From Podarcis melisellensis (Eukaryota): a stretch of 64,000 nt of DNA. This document shows, piece by piece, positions 1-38,199 of the stretch (its first letter is position 1; the number at the start of each line of letters is the position of its first letter). A program made the position numbers and the translations under genes. Where the stretch lies: the NCBI GenBank assembly GCA_964234715.1, contig OZ174286.1, one strand, 5' to 3'. The notes beneath the pieces are model-generated. The model saw only the letters and a program-made list of their open reading frames with translations. It had not been told where the DNA came from and searched no databases.

Positions 1-1270
1 ATAGTATGAATGAACAATGATACCTGCATATTATTATTTTGAGAGGTATTTTATAATACTTGGGAGAAGGAAGATTGCTCTCACCAGTAAAATACATTTT
101 GGCACACTTAGAGTGAACATGTGGGAAAGGCCCTTTTTTGCGACTCAAATGCCTGGTTCATACAGTCATATGTACAAGCAATTTGTCTGCACATGAAGCC
201 CCTTTGCTCATCCCTTTGCAGAAGCCGTGCTCAAACCAGTAAGCCTCTAGTTAACTATAGTTTGTCCAAACCACATTGGCTGACCACTTGCTAGGGTATT
301 AAGCTGACTTCAAACCATGGCTTAAGATTCTGGTCAATTTTGATCCATGTGGCCATAGTTTCCCAGTTTGGATAAAAGAAAAAACATGGTTAATTAGAGA
401 TGCATTGGTTTAATCATGGCTTGTGGGAAAGGAAAGGAGTGAAGGGGCTCACTAAACAAACAGTAGACTGTACATAATACCTTATTATGTAGTATGTTGT
501 GTTGCATTGTCTTGCAGGCAAAGAGAAAGACAGATAAAGTGACTGCAGAAACTAAGTGCATTTGTATTCCAAGAGAGTCTGTTGTCTAGAAAAAAAGATT
601 TACCAGTAGTTCAGATATTTGATTTGATAGTGTTGAGTGTAAAGTCTCTGCATAAGCAACAGATTTCAGTCTGTTTCCAGCAAAATAGAATAATAATATA
701 GTTTGAAGAGCCTCTGTTAGTGCAGTCCTGACCTATGTTTGTTTCTTTTCCTAAGGATTTCAGGAGCTTCCATTACTTTAAGCATGTGTGTATCATTCTG
801 CCTGAAAGATGTGAAGGCACGTTGGGAGAATAAACCATCCTTTGTTTGTTCATTAGCACACCTTAAAATGTTGCTGTTCCAAGTGTTTGGGTTACTTGTG
901 AAGTCAGGTTGGTCCTGAATGCACCACAGTTCCACAGTGTCCCTTGTTTGTTTGTTTTTTACATTTGGAACTGATAGCTATAAAGATCTCAAACTTCTTT
1001 TTATAAAACTCATTAATTCATCATGGCTCATCAGCAGTTTTATTAAAGCACAACCACTTAGAATAACCTAATTCAAACAATTTCAATGTTTCAATGATAC
1101 CATAGGCAAGCTGAAGAGAACCCCCAATGCTAATTTACTTTCACAAGAATTCAATAAATATGAATTTCAAAACATTTGGCAGTGAGCTCACAGAACATGT
1201 TTCTTAACTATTGAATAAAATGTTAAATATCTGATTTAACATTTGATGAATATGAATACATGCAAAGGGG

Positions 1271-1437
1271 CATAGGAAGTTGCCTTATAACAAGTCAGGT
1301 CATTGACTAGCTCAGTGACTAGCAGCAGCTCTCCAGGGTTTCATGCAGGAGTCTCTCTCAGCCCCACCTGGAGACTGAACCTGGAATCTTCTACATGCAA
1401 AGCAGATGCCCTGCTACTGAGCTACAACACCCATCCC
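1271..1437 (-). mobile_element. tRNA-derived SINE (Squam3-like)
   Basis: Reverse complement has head GTAGCTCAGTAGCAGGGCATCTGCTTTGCATGTAGAAG...GGTTCA and tail ATAAGGCAACTTCCTATG. Confidence 0.8.
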
Positions 1438-1904
1438 TAGTAGGGCTCCTGAATAGTCTCTTACATGTTCAGTTTTAACATAGATACTGTAGTTCTGCTA
1501 ACACAATTCTGTTTGACTTACGCATTGTATAAATCAGATAGAATTGTATAAGGAGAGGCAAATTTAGCAATGAAGATTGCTAAGGAAGGATTAAAAATCA
1601 GGTGTGGTGGCACCACCTGACTTCCTAGACAGTTACTGGGTCCCCACTTTCCAGCAGAGCCCACCGGGTTGACACCGTGGGCCTCCATATCAGGCAGCTA
1701 GGTCTGCAAACCTCTTTTTTAATTCCCCCCAGTGCCCCAGAATAATATTACATCGGGCTCTCCTGCTGCTGCTACCTAATAAGCCCATGAGAGGTAGTAT
1801 TTTGTTCCTCAACCTTGAAACGAGCTCTTACAAATAAAACCTTCAGTAATATAATACTTTATGTAACTCTAAGGTAAACACAATTCAGAATACTCTGTGC
1901 ACTT

Positions 1905-2172
1905 CTGGGCACACTGTCTCAAAAAGTACATCATAGAGCTGGAAGGAGGAAAGGAAATGATAATAAAAATTGATTAATAGATATTAGCCACAATAGTTAA
2001 ATGACTGCTCCACATTCAAAGGCAACTTCTTAAACACCAATTGTTGAGTGTCAGGCAGTGGGGGCCAGCTGTTGCTGTCGTACAGTTTTTGTAAGAAAGC
2101 ACAGAAGTATCTGGCTGGCCAGTAAAGGCCAGGATGCTGGAGTGATCTAGCAGGGCTCTTCCATGTTCTTAT
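1905..2172 (+). mobile_element. Old CR1-type LINE fragments and 3' end
   Basis: ttctgggcacactgtctcaaaaagtacatcatagagctggaag piece and tail gatctagcagggctcttccatgttcttat. Confidence 0.5.
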
Positions 2173-2966
2173 CTCTCAACAGGAATGCTCTTAGACTATT
2201 TGAAGTAGTTTTAGTTTATTTTTAGTTTCTGAATCTAGTATCAACATGGAACTCTGTGGGCTGTTTGAATCGGTCAGAAAAATAAACCTCTGGTTTCCAT
2301 AAATGCATTGTTCTCATGGACAATAATGTATTAAGTTCCTGAGTTTTGATAACTGGCTACAGATAATACTGTATGCAGTTCTGTAAGTATGAAACGTAGG
2401 AGAACTGATAAATCTTTTGCAATTGGGTGCTGGTGGATTAGAACTTTTGGAGCTAAATTAGCATCTTAGCAATTTATAGTCCAATTAAAGTCCAGTTCTA
2501 TCCATGTTTATTCATAATTAAATTCCATTAGATTAATGGTGTGCATATTTACTCTGAACATAAGTCCTACACAGTTCCAAAGGAGTTACTCCCATGTATG
2601 TACTCAGGATGGGATATTTAATCCCAAGTAACTGTGTTTTGGTTTGCAGCCTTAATTCAGCATTGGTGGTGACTTAGTGGGCAAAATTATAATTAACCAA
2701 GTGCTTTAAAGTTCACCCATTAATTATACCTTAATGCCTAAATAATATTGTGCCAAATTGCATTGGTAAATGTACTTCTGAAATTACCTCAGTATGGGCT
2801 GCTATACTCCCTGCAAAGAATATAAACCTGCACACAATAGTTTCTACATTTTCTGCTTTAGTTTCTAAATATGATTCCCCTTTCCCCCTGATTGACTAAC
2901 ATTCATAACTCTAAATCCTTGGCAATGCAGTCCCATATGTGTTGACTCAGAAGTGGGACTCACTGC

Positions 2967-3353
2967 AGTCTCTTCACATATTAATCTCATGAAGGGGGTC
3001 CACATGTAGAACAGGGCAGTGGGGCCACATGGCTGGGCCTTTGCCCGAGGTCATGTGGCTCATGCATACATTGAGCATGGTATCTGAAAAGGGGAAACCT
3101 ATCCATAGAGGCCTCTGCATGTGTAAGCTTCCACAGGAACTGGGACCCTTGTCATGCGGGTTTCCATCTCCCATGGAAGTCTACATAATCTATGCATGTA
3201 AACCTCCCCTTCTCAATATCAATGAATGGAACTGGGGCAGGTGGGTTACAGCAAAAAAGGTCTCATGACCACAGGAACAGGGTCAGCGGTGCAGTCCTGC
3301 TTTACCTTTCTACACATGGATTCCCTTTCTGTGATTAACACATGAAGGGGACT
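2967..3353. mobile_element. Fold-back MITE with ~45-bp imperfect TIRs and internal palindrome
   Basis: agtctcttcacatattaatctcatgaagggggtccacatgtagaa matches the reverse complement of ttctacacatggattccctttctgtgattaacacatgaaggggact; inner arms also pair around ~3153. Confidence 0.75.
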
Positions 3354-6300
3354 TACCTTTATTTTCCTGTCCTTCCAAAGAAGCCCAGAGTGGCAAACAA
3401 CGAGTGATAAACCAGGGCAATTCTTTCAACAGCAGGGTAACATGTTGGTAATACCCTGCTCCAGTGAACAGTTGAGCTATTCCCCCTTTTTACTGGTGCT
3501 TGTCAATCTAAATAATCTTTCCATATTGCTGCATTGCAAATTTAAGCATGGGACCTGGGTGTAGAAGGAATAAAAGAGCAGGCAATGTTAGGCCAAAACA
3601 GAAATCAGTTAGCCATAATTACTGGTAGTCATAGGAGAATGCCATCAGTGTTGGCAGCTGCTTTGATTTCGCAATTTTATATCTTATCTTTAATCCTTTA
3701 ATCTTTTGTTGGGCAGCATGCAAATAATGGCATCAAATACCGGTAAGTTGGAGCCAGGTTGGGGGGGACTTTTATTTCTGGCCTGAGACGACCCTGGAAA
3801 GGACTAATCTTTGTGGCTTTGGGGTTTCCTCTAACATTACCCAAGCCTAGGCTCTGGAGCAAATTAAATGTCTTGCAGATACCCCCGTCTCTGTCTACAT
3901 GTGTGGCTTTGCAATCAAAGAGATCTGGTTGCCCCATTTTAAAAAGCTGGAAAAACTGAAGGAATAATGATCAAACCTACCAGGGGGCCTGGGGCACCTT
4001 CAGGGCTTCAAATCCTCCACTCAGCTGTAATTTCACAGGGTGTAACCTTGGGGGGGCCATCACTGCCTGTCAGGTAGAAGGGGTGTGTGGGGAGAAGAAC
4101 CACATGCACCACCTTGAGCTTCCTGTAGAACAGACGTGGGATTTACATGCAAGCAGAAGGAATGGAAAAAAAAACCTTTTCCAGAGCAGGGATAAAAACC
4201 TCTTCCATAAATGGCACTCTTCCCTTGTCCACCCCCCCCCCACACGTACGTGCTTGGATTTAGCCATCCAGGTGTTTCATGTACTTGATAGTATTTACTT
4301 GTGAGTAGAAGGCAGGCACCAGAGCAGTCCCCACCCCCTCACCGAAGATATCTCAGCCTCCATCCCTTACCCCACAATAAATAAGGCAAACGTCCCACTT
4401 TGCATAGGCTGCTCCATAACAAAATCCCTCGTGCATGTAAGGTGCCTCAAAGCCAACTCTACTTGAGAGCAAGCGGAGTGGGAGAAGTAATCTGGGACAT
4501 GATTGGAAGGCAGAAAGCAGCAGCAGGAGCAGCACCCCATACCAATTGTTAAGTCACCCAAGGGTGCCAAAGTACCCAGGTTGAAATCCTCTGCCCTAGG
4601 GCAATGCCCAATAGTCTCTAGGAGTAGACAATCTTCACCTGTCCACTCCACTCCACAATTCGGGGAAGGATTAGAGCTGTAAATCCAGACTGCATTTAAG
4701 TTTAGTGGTGTTTACTAGCTTGTGTGTGTGCTTGAGATTTAAGCTTACAGAATGTTTGCATAGTACTCTGATACTGTTACCACATAAATATATCGGTTTT
4801 TCTTAAAATAGGGACTTTGAAACTCTTTCAATAAAACACAAAGCATTTTGAAGGCATGCTCAATTGCCATGATCATCAGACACACTGCTTCTGCCATCTA
4901 CCTTTCAATCATTAATCAGTTGTTCATACGTGTGCAAAACATCTAGTTGTGTACTGCTGTGCAAAAATGCTGGTTTCTGAAAACCTCTTCTTAGGATCTA
5001 AGATAGGAAGCTTGACTTTTTTACATGTTGAGTCACTTTTCCAGCTTTATTCATATACATTATAAGTAGAGCTGTGGAAACAACACATCTACAGTGGCGC
5101 CTATATTTAGGTTAACACCCTTTTTCGAAAGGCTCTCTGGAGACTGTTTCTTTTGAAAAACTCTACTTTCTTTTTTCCTGTTCTTTTTTATATCTGCTCT
5201 TTGATATGAAACACTGAAAGTCCCAAGCTGCTATTGCACAAATACCAAGGGAACTATCAGATAATTTCTAGAAGCATGCAGCATTTTTAGAGAGCTGATT
5301 ATACATATCACAATATTTTCCTTGCTGTGTTAGATAGGGCAGTCTCACCTTGAATATGAGTGAATGACGCACATAGTAAGAGGGAATAAAATTGGCCATA
5401 TTAACAGAATTGTTGTGAAGAAGTGTGAGTTAAGAAAATTAGCTTATTATTATTCTGGAACTTTAGAAATGAGACTTCTCAAACTAAACATAATTTTTAA
5501 AGCACAACTAATGCAAAACAGCTAACTCTTGGGACTTCCCTTTGGTAGCATTAGTATAGTGTTTTTTATCTGACTAAATCTCTATTGAACCTCCCAAGGC
5601 TGACTACAAGTTGAGGGGGCCCTGAGCAAAGTGTCCTTTAGTGGTTTCCAATTGGTAAGTGCTAGCACACTACCCTGGCACTGTTGGTGGGCAGCAGTAA
5701 TTCTCCCAAGCAGCATCATGTGACTGCGGGACTGCCACTTTAATTTTCTACAATGCCATAGAATGATGCTGTGATGGGTCATTGTGAGAACTGAAAATTG
5801 CTGCTAGACCCAGCTGCCCAGTGTTTAGAGCACTCTGGCAGAGTTTAAAAGGGGCAGGCAGGTATTAGTGGTGGGCCCTGCCAGGTTGTTGAGCTGATAA
5901 CACTGACCCTGAGCAGGGGATTGAACTAAATGGCTTACAAAGCCATCTCACATTTTTTATTCCACTATTCTATAATAGATATCTTTTGATTGTCTTTGAA
6001 AATCTGTCCCCCCTTAAATTCATATAGACCCAGAATATATCTCATTCTTTGTGCTTTCACCTGATCATAACTTTCTCTTAAGCTGTTTCCCTTTCTTCTG
6101 TGAGATGTCAGCTTAACTAAGATTGCCATCTGCTGAAATTTACACCCATTTCATAAGCTATACTGAAGGTACAGTTGCCAATGGAGATATATTGTGTGGA
6201 TGCCAAACCACAGTTAGTCATTGGTATGAAATTTTGCCCAGGTTGTTCAGTTCAAACCATGCCAGAATTCCTTCTGAATGAATCTGCCTAAACTTTGTGG

Positions 6301-6369
6301 ATGTACTTTATACAAGCTGCAAAAATTGCATCCAACTTGTGAATCAAGCTTTAGTTCTCTGATGTTCAG

Positions 6370-6563
6370 ATCACGGGTGGGAACCTCAGGCCCAGGAGCC
6401 AGATGTGGTCCTGAAGTCCTCTTTTACTGACCCTCAGAACTGTCCCCAAGCCATGCACCCTCTCCCTTGGCAACACTCCTCACTTGCAGCCCAAGTGTTT
6501 TTTGCCTGTCTGGAATGTGTGCTCGAACATTGATAGTGTCTCTTGCTTGTCTGGATAATGGAG

Positions 6564-6611
<48 letters not shown>

Positions 6612-7035
6612 TGGAACTAGCCGACTGTACAAAGATAAAATTTATTGTTCCTCTGCCTACTTTTGCTTCTGAACCTGTTCTCACTGAACTGTGATGCTTG
6701 TGTTCAAATGTTCTAGTTTAGATAACATGTTAAGTGTGTTAGTACCAGCATATAAAGCCCTAAATGGCTTTGGACTCAAGTACTCACACTAGCCTCTTTC
6801 CATTTTTAAAAAATAAATAAATACCAGTTTTAGTAAAATATCAGTTTAGACCTATGGCAAAAGTCCTTTGTCCCCTGGCAGACTGTTGTGGAGAGAGAGG
6901 GTTGTTAAAGAAGTGGCAAAAAGGTGGTAATCTGCACATTTTTTACTTTTGCTCATCATTTGCATGTAGCCCTCAATGGATTACCTCAGGCGACTGTGGT
7001 CCTTAACAGGAAAAAAATGTTCTCTACTCCTAATG
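6370..7035. mobile_element. Degenerate hAT-like non-autonomous element containing (GT)22
   Basis: Left end cacgggtgggaacctcaggcccagg; right end gttctctactcct; weak TIR only. Confidence 0.4.
6566..6609. repeat. (GT)22 microsatellite
   Basis: Direct read. Confidence 0.98.
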
Positions 7036-8065
7036 TAAAATAATATATTTCTACCATGAAGGCCACAAACATGAATAGTTTTATAATCGTATTAGTTATA
7101 TCTTCTAAGCATGTTCTAAGCATCTTCTAACCTGTTGTCAGTTGCTAACTTAACTTCACTGCAGAATCTGCTTGTTTGCAAAATAGAGGGGAGAATCACA
7201 TTTACTATACTATAATGTTCACTGAATTGAAATCCCATCTAATTCATATATTGTATCTTTATACATATGTATTCATACTAGGCGACTTGGGGTAACTTTG
7301 AGGTTTGCAGGAGTGCAAAACATCTTTAGTAAAATAAAGTAAAAATGACAAGGCAACCCCAAATTGAGGTGTAACCCCCCCCCAAAAAAACAGTCCAGTG
7401 AGCATGCCCAGTAAGCTTGGAATCCTCACTGGCTGGTGGTGTAAGGGGAAGAAAACTATGGGAAGTAGTTGGAATCCTGAACAACTCCACATTGCAACCT
7501 TTTGTTTTAGAGCCCCATCACTGATTCCCCACATCCTGTTGCAGAGAAGCCATTTCTCCCAACGATATGTATGATGTTTTCAATAGGCAATCACCACATA
7601 AAGATGCTGTCACTTAATGGGCAAGGGTGGATATAAATGAACGGACTTTCAAATTTGGTGGAAACAGACTCCTTGCATTTGTTCTTCTTTATAAGCTTCA
7701 TAATTAGGTTACAAAAGAGACTTGTGTGGTAGCACAGATGAGATACCAAAGCTGCTTTACTTTCTACTGTCTAGGTAACTGTTAACTATACTTGCTGGGA
7801 GAGTTGTCAGTGGGCAAGTCTGGGAAACTTGTCAACAGGCAATGAGTCTTCTCCCTGACCTTGTGAAGTGCCTCTGGAATAATCAAATTTGTTACAGGTC
7901 TCCCACTTCTAAGTTATTTGGAAAACTGCCATCTATCCTCAGCATAATATCATCACTTTGATTGCCTCTTATGAAATACTCCCCAGACTTTTCAGTGTTT
8001 TCATTGAAGACAAGCACATTTTAATGCCGGGGGAAATATCAACTCTCTCTCATTTTGCTCTACAG

Positions 8066-32191
<24,126 letters not shown>

Positions 32192-33775
32192 CGTTTGGCA
32201 GTTTTGTGTTTCTTTTGAAGTTGTGTATGACAAAGCCCCACCCCCTTTTTAAAAAGAACAAATCTGGGTTTTCATTGCAGAACATGTGGTATCCTGTATG
32301 CTGCTTTAAAAAAAAAATTGCTGTTGCTATCACAGCAATAGCATGAAATAGAATATTCATTTTGATTAGTGCTATAACACATTGGCATAGTACAACTGCG
32401 AAGTCCCTGGTGTTGTACCAAGCTTTTCTCCCCCCAAAGCCGTTTTTGGTAGCTGCCACTTGAACAATATCTGTTGTCATCAAGGTGTTGTTAGTGTTTT
32501 CAGACAAAATACAATTGGTGTTTATTAACTTCCCATGTTTTTCCGCAAGCCAAAATCAGCACATCCAAAACTGAAGCTCTCATCTGTTTTGATTTTTTTT
32601 AATCGTTAGGCACCTGATTTGCCATTGATTTGAGAGCCACTTTCTGTTGATTGTACTTCTAGTGGACTACATTCGGAGACAGAATTCAGTTTTGCCTTAC
32701 ACACAGGGGATCATAAAAGTCAAAATCTCTTTTCTATGTACTGGTACTGTGTACTGTATAGACAGTTTATAAATGTTATTTCTGCAAACACCTTCTTATA
32801 TAAGATTGACCACACTGTTTAAAGTCCTAATGCCAAGTCAGCAGATTTGCTTTTGAATTACTGGCAACTGGAACTAGCCTCATTCAGGAAATTTGTTAAC
32901 AAGGTTCACTCTAGACACACTTTCTTCAGTAGCAGAAAGCTTATATTTAGTGTAAATAGGAATACATTAGGATAAAAGGTTGGATCGTCCTTGCAAACTT
33001 AAAATCATTTTTGCATTTTTAAATCTACAGCAAAAATAATGTGACACTATAAATGCTCTAAACAGGACACACTAATTGCAGTGAGCACACAGATAACGTT
33101 TTTTCTTGTCAACTTGATAGGCCACATTTGACATGGTGCAAGTGTGTGTTTGTGTGTAAAACAATTTGACAGGAGTGGTTGTAAAGGGTACACAGAAGAC
33201 TCTATAGGCAACCCATATGTTATGAATCAACCATAATTTCCACCTTTAGCTGCTCAGGTATTATGATTTGTACACACATGCAGTACAATGTCAGGAAATC
33301 CTTAATTGTACTTTCATGAAAAGGGATTCCCACCCTTTCAATACGCCCTCTTATCAAAGGACCACATGATCTTCCAGGCTTAGATTTCAAGCACCACACT
33401 GGCCATGGCAGCAGAGAACTCATTTGAGCAGCTAAATATGGCAATTGGGGCTGAATCATAGCACATCAGTTGGTCCCGAGAATGTAATTATTCAAAAAAT
33501 GAGTAAGGGTTTTCCTTCTGTCTGCAACTCTAAAGGTCCAAATTGCAGGCAAGCAACATGAGGAAGTTTATGTCTACAGGTAATTGGGAAAGCATCAATC
33601 TGCTGGCTCTTCGTTGAGGATCCAGGAAAGTAAAAAACACAGGCAAATGTGACTGAGTGTTTCACTGGAAATGTAAAATCTTTTTGTGTTTTAGAGTATT
33701 TGTTTTAGTAAGAAAAGTTTACACTGCTTGTGGAGAGTTATTTTGTTGGAAAATAAATTTTTGTAGCTTCTCCAC
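32192..33775 (+). other. CACNB2: CACNB2 3' UTR (end approximate; candidate AATAAA at 33752-33757)
   Basis: AT-rich, no recognised repeats after the stop; first clear canonical AATAAA I found is at 33752. Confidence 0.5.
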
Positions 33776-34275
33776 TTTCCTATATTCGACAATCTCTGTA
33801 TCCTGGTTAACATGGCCTTCCGACACTTGCCTCTGGATTTTAGCCTCTAGCAAGTTCCTAAAAGGCTATTGTAACTTCCTGACAGAAGCAAGCAAGACTC
33901 CAAACTGAATTTCAGGTTTGCCCTGTACAGCTAGTATACTTGTAATGAGAGCGAGTTAATACAGGTGCTCCACACACACAATTTATGTGCTGGGGACTGG
34001 AACAAGTTCCAGAATACCCAGTGGGAAAGACATTCACATCATTCTTGTGGACAGTGGTTCCAAATCGGGGGGTCAGCATAACCCACCCAGGGGGTCTGTG
34101 GCACCATTCAAATAACAAAAACTACCAAAGAGAAATAAAAATTGTCAATAATATGGGGTACATGGCTTGGCTTTTGAAAAACGGAAGCTGCAGTACTTAG
34201 CTAATTGGTAACTGCTGCGCTATGAGACTTTAATAGGACTCAAAGAATTAGAAGGAACTCAGGGAATCAGCAACA

Positions 34276-34345
34276 CTCTCTCTCTCTCTCTCTCACTCAC
34301 ACACACACACACACACACTACTACTACTACTACTACTACTACTAC
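34276..34345. repeat. Compound microsatellite (CT)n(CA)n(CTA)n
   Basis: Direct read. Confidence 0.97.
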
Positions 34346-35542
34346 AGTACTATGGGGTAATTACAATATAATGCTAGACTGCCAATGTCCAGGGTTAGGT
34401 GAACAGGAAGCTATTTATCCCAGAGCTCTGTAGACACTTTCTAATTAGGGAGAGTATTCCCACCTCTCCACCCATGATTCCTTGGTGGGGGGCTTCTCAC
34501 TATTTGTTGTATTTCTGCTCAAATTCCCAATATTCTAAAGCCCTACCCCCCACTCCCCTGGCTATAGTCATTACTCTTAATACTTTGAATCTGGCTTTTA
34601 AAGCCCATTCTTTTTTGCTGCAGGATTTGTTCTACTTAAAGTTAATCTTTGCAACACTTTGGCAGGATTTCAAATTCTTCAGCTTCTGCAACAAGCTTCC
34701 ATATAAAGCTATGAACGTTGTAATTGTCCAGTTGGAACTGCAAACTCAATGGGTTTGATTCAGATAGTTCATTTGGACTGCAATTCTATTCACTTATATG
34801 GATGCAATTCAACTGATCTCAATGACACTTTTGAATAGAAATATATAAGATTGCTATGTTAGTTTCCATTGAAATCAATAGGTCTTAAAGGTGACAACTA
34901 GCTTGTCTCATTGATTTAAATGGGATTTAAGTACAACTAACTTGGTTTAGATGCAATCCAATGTTTATTCATTTCTTCATAGTATGCACTATTAGCAAAC
35001 TGATGAATTCTAACAAATCTATTGGTGTCAAGGCTGAGTACTATAGCTCATAATCTTTTAATGATTACTATTTGGTACTTAATAACCCTATCCATAATGT
35101 GTTTTCCTCAATTACTCTTAAGAGAAAGAGAAGAGGTAGGCTGGCCTTGTACTTCTTGCAAAGTGATGGGTCGTTTTTCTGTTACGAAGCTGCTCACCAA
35201 GAACCTGACATTCAGGCAGAATACAACAGGGTTTTTAAATAATCAAATCAATACTAAAACACTCAGATGAAGAAAGTGCTATACATTGAAGAAAGTGCTA
35301 TGCATATACAACTTTGCTTTATTTACAGCATTGTAAAATGGCAAATGCCCTTTGCCCTAATAATCAGGATTTGTGCTGAATACTAAAAGCTTTTTAACTT
35401 ACGTGTTTTTAACCTTGGAGAGGGTTGTTTGTTTGTTTTTTAACTGAAAGCTGTGGGAGGAGAGCTGGAAAGAGCAGAAGCTCCCCAATTAGTCATTCAG
35501 GGTAGGGGTAAGTATGGTAAGGGGCACTTGGCACAGGCACTT

Positions 35543-35812
35543 AGTGGAATCCTTCCCCCAAAGAGTCTCTCCTGGCGCCTTCACTGCATACCGTTAGGTG
35601 CCAGGTGAAAATGTTTCTTTGTGACCAGGCCTATGGCTGATTAGCACTTCATGGCATTTTAAATGGGGATTTGGGGGGGGTTGCTTTTGTTTTATTATTT
35701 TTTGTGTTCTCATTTGGTATTTTTATGTTTGTAAACCACTCTGTGGTCTTCAGATGAAGGATGGTATACAAACTTAATAGAACAGTAATAATTAATGATG
35801 GTAATAATAATA
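35543..35812 (+). mobile_element. Older L2 LINE 3' fragment
   Basis: tggaatccttcccc...ttgtaaaccactctgtggtcttcagatgaaggatggtata plus (AAT)n tail. Confidence 0.65.
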
Positions 35813-37281
35813 ATATGTTGACTGGCAATAATGAAGATGCAACAGTACATTTAAGAAGGATTTTGATCTTAAGTCAGGATTATGAAGAATGGGTAAACAT
35901 TTATAAGTGAAATTTATATTGTTTTTATTGTTTCGTCTCCACTAAAAGTTTGGAAACAAAACAGGTAATGTAATGGTTTTCCAGACACTAAGAGGGCTTG
36001 CTAGGTATGCAGAATTAAACTGCAGTATGTATGCTAGTTACCACAGAGTCACAGTCAAGTTAAATTCCTACCCCCGGGCTCATATAATTCAATAAATTTC
36101 CTTTAAAAAGGCAAATCTCAGTGAATAAAGAGGAAGAAATTTTAGGATTTAAAAAAACCCTTCTACTTGAGTGAGTTAATGCACTTACAAATTCATTCTT
36201 GCCACGACAGATTCTTACACATTCTGTGCCATGGAAGTAACAAACATGTACATAGTAGACTCTATATATTAACCTCCACAAACTCACATTTTCCCCTCGG
36301 GATTTCCACTCCAATTCTCGCCCTCTGCAGGAAACACTGAGGCTGGGCTCCCTGATTTTTTCAAACAATAGCTAGCTTCTTGCAAAGCTTATGTTAAGGA
36401 ATAGGGTGCAACTGTTTAAGCAAAAGTAAAACAACCCAGCATTACTGTAATATGTGTTGCACAGGCTAGGCCTATTAACATTTAGTCATAAATGCAGGAC
36501 CTAGTCATTGCCTCCTTTTTCTTGCTGACTTACATTTCACTCATGGTGAAACAGATGCTTTAATTCAATGCCAGGCTGCCTCCACTCATGCCTTCTCTTA
36601 ATAGCATCTGTCAACCTTGTTTCACCCTCCCATCTACATACAGCCCTGTTGACAGTAAAGTAAGTCATTAATGCAAATGAAAACACATGGTAAGTAGGTC
36701 CTTGGTGGAGGAAGGCAATCACTGCACTCCTACTGTCCTGAATTTCAGTGATGACTCCAACCTGTATCAGATCTGAAAAACTAAAGGCAAGGGAGGACAG
36801 ATGGAGGCTATGTTGTAAAGCCAGCTACACTGGAAAATGTTTACCTAGCATGCAACTTAAGGCAGATTTTTGGTCCATAAATATGTACCTCCCTTGTTCT
36901 CTTAAACCAAATGTTTTTTGATACAAGAATATGTGAACCACACTGCTATGTTTTAATACTTGTTAGAAGTCCTATGGATTCAAGCGAATGTTTAGTGCTG
37001 GAAGCAACTGTGTGTATGTGTGCACACGCTATAGAAATGCAGCAGCCTCTGATGCTCAGGCAAACATGAAACCTCTTGCTGTCTCTCACACAATGCCCTC
37101 AAGAGTGGCTTGTGGAAGTTGTAACCTCTACACTGAAGTCAATGACTCAAGTTCACATTAACTTCAGAAATAAATTTAGTTAGATCTTCTAGCAGAAAAA
37201 CTTACAGCTTTGCGCAGCAAAAGCCAATTGTGCCCAAGTCCAATTAAGATTAACGAACAGAACTTAAATTCAAGATGACAA

Positions 37282-37457
37282 CAATAATAAAAAAATATTT
37301 ATACCCCGCCCATGTGGCTGGGTTTCCCCAGCCACTCTGGGTGGCTCCCAATAGAATATTAATAATAAAGCAATAAAACATCAAACATTAAAAACTTCCC
37401 TAAACAGGGCTGCCTTCAGATGTCTTCTAAAAGTCAGATAGTTGTTTATTTCCTTAC
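37282..37457 (-). mobile_element. L2-clade LINE 3' end
   Basis: Reverse complement of the same 3' end as 60170-60290 (agaagacatctgaaggcagccctgtttagggaagtttt...cccagagtggctggggaaacccagcc). Confidence 0.85.
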
Positions 37458-37787
37458 ACAGTTCCACCTGATTTATCTGTTGCTGAGTCTTCCCGTTTCA
37501 GACAGGATTTGTATGATCACATTTGAATCTCCCCTCTCATATACACAAGACTTCCTGTATCTACATGCCAGGACACAATGTTCCAGGCTACTTTTTTATG
37601 TGTACATAAAGCAGGGGAAGATCTAGATATTTCAGTCCCACGCTACAGTACAAAACTCAATTACTAAGTTTCATTCCATTGCTTTCAGTGAAACTTGTTT
37701 ATGATATAGAAAACTAGCACCAAATTGATTCAGTCAGGCTTTCTACTTGATGGTGATTTTCCTCAGCAAGCTGAAACTTCCCTCCCG

Positions 37788-38199
37788 TGTCATAGTCTTG
37801 TTGCTGAGCAAAAACATGCAGAGCTCAGTGCAGTGGGAAACCAGCCAACCCAAAGGGTCTCTGAGGTGTACTTGCCTGGAGGCAGAGTCGGCATCCAAAG
37901 TCAGGTCCAGTCCTAGGGTGGGGCAAACAGCAATCCATGTGGTCAGACAGTCCAGGGGTCAAAGAATCTGATGAGCAGGTGGCCAAGGGTCAAGACGAGC
38001 AGGGAGCAGCAAGTTAGGCCCAGAAACTACAAACGTTACCAGCATCTCACCGCTGCTGGAAACTCTGCTTAAGAAGGCTGAAAGCCAGCTGGTTCTCATC
38101 AGGGCCTTCTCCTCCTGATCAGCTGCAGGTGGAGCCACTCTGCCTTCTTCCCCTTCAGGCTGCTGTTCAGCAGGTGAAGCCGACTCCTGGCCCATGACA
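37788..38199 (-). mobile_element. Probable solo LTR (Gypsy-like)
   Basis: 412-bp GC-richer block bounded by TGTCAT...ATGACA; degenerate 5-bp TSD tcccg/ccctg; orientation tentative. Confidence 0.65.

Noticed and set aside
1603-1890. Possible truncated LTR starting tgtggtggcacc
   Set aside because: No matching terminus or TSD found; not supportable without a library search
6424-6694. ORFs with HTHT/VCVC runs
   Set aside because: Translation of the (GT)n microsatellite
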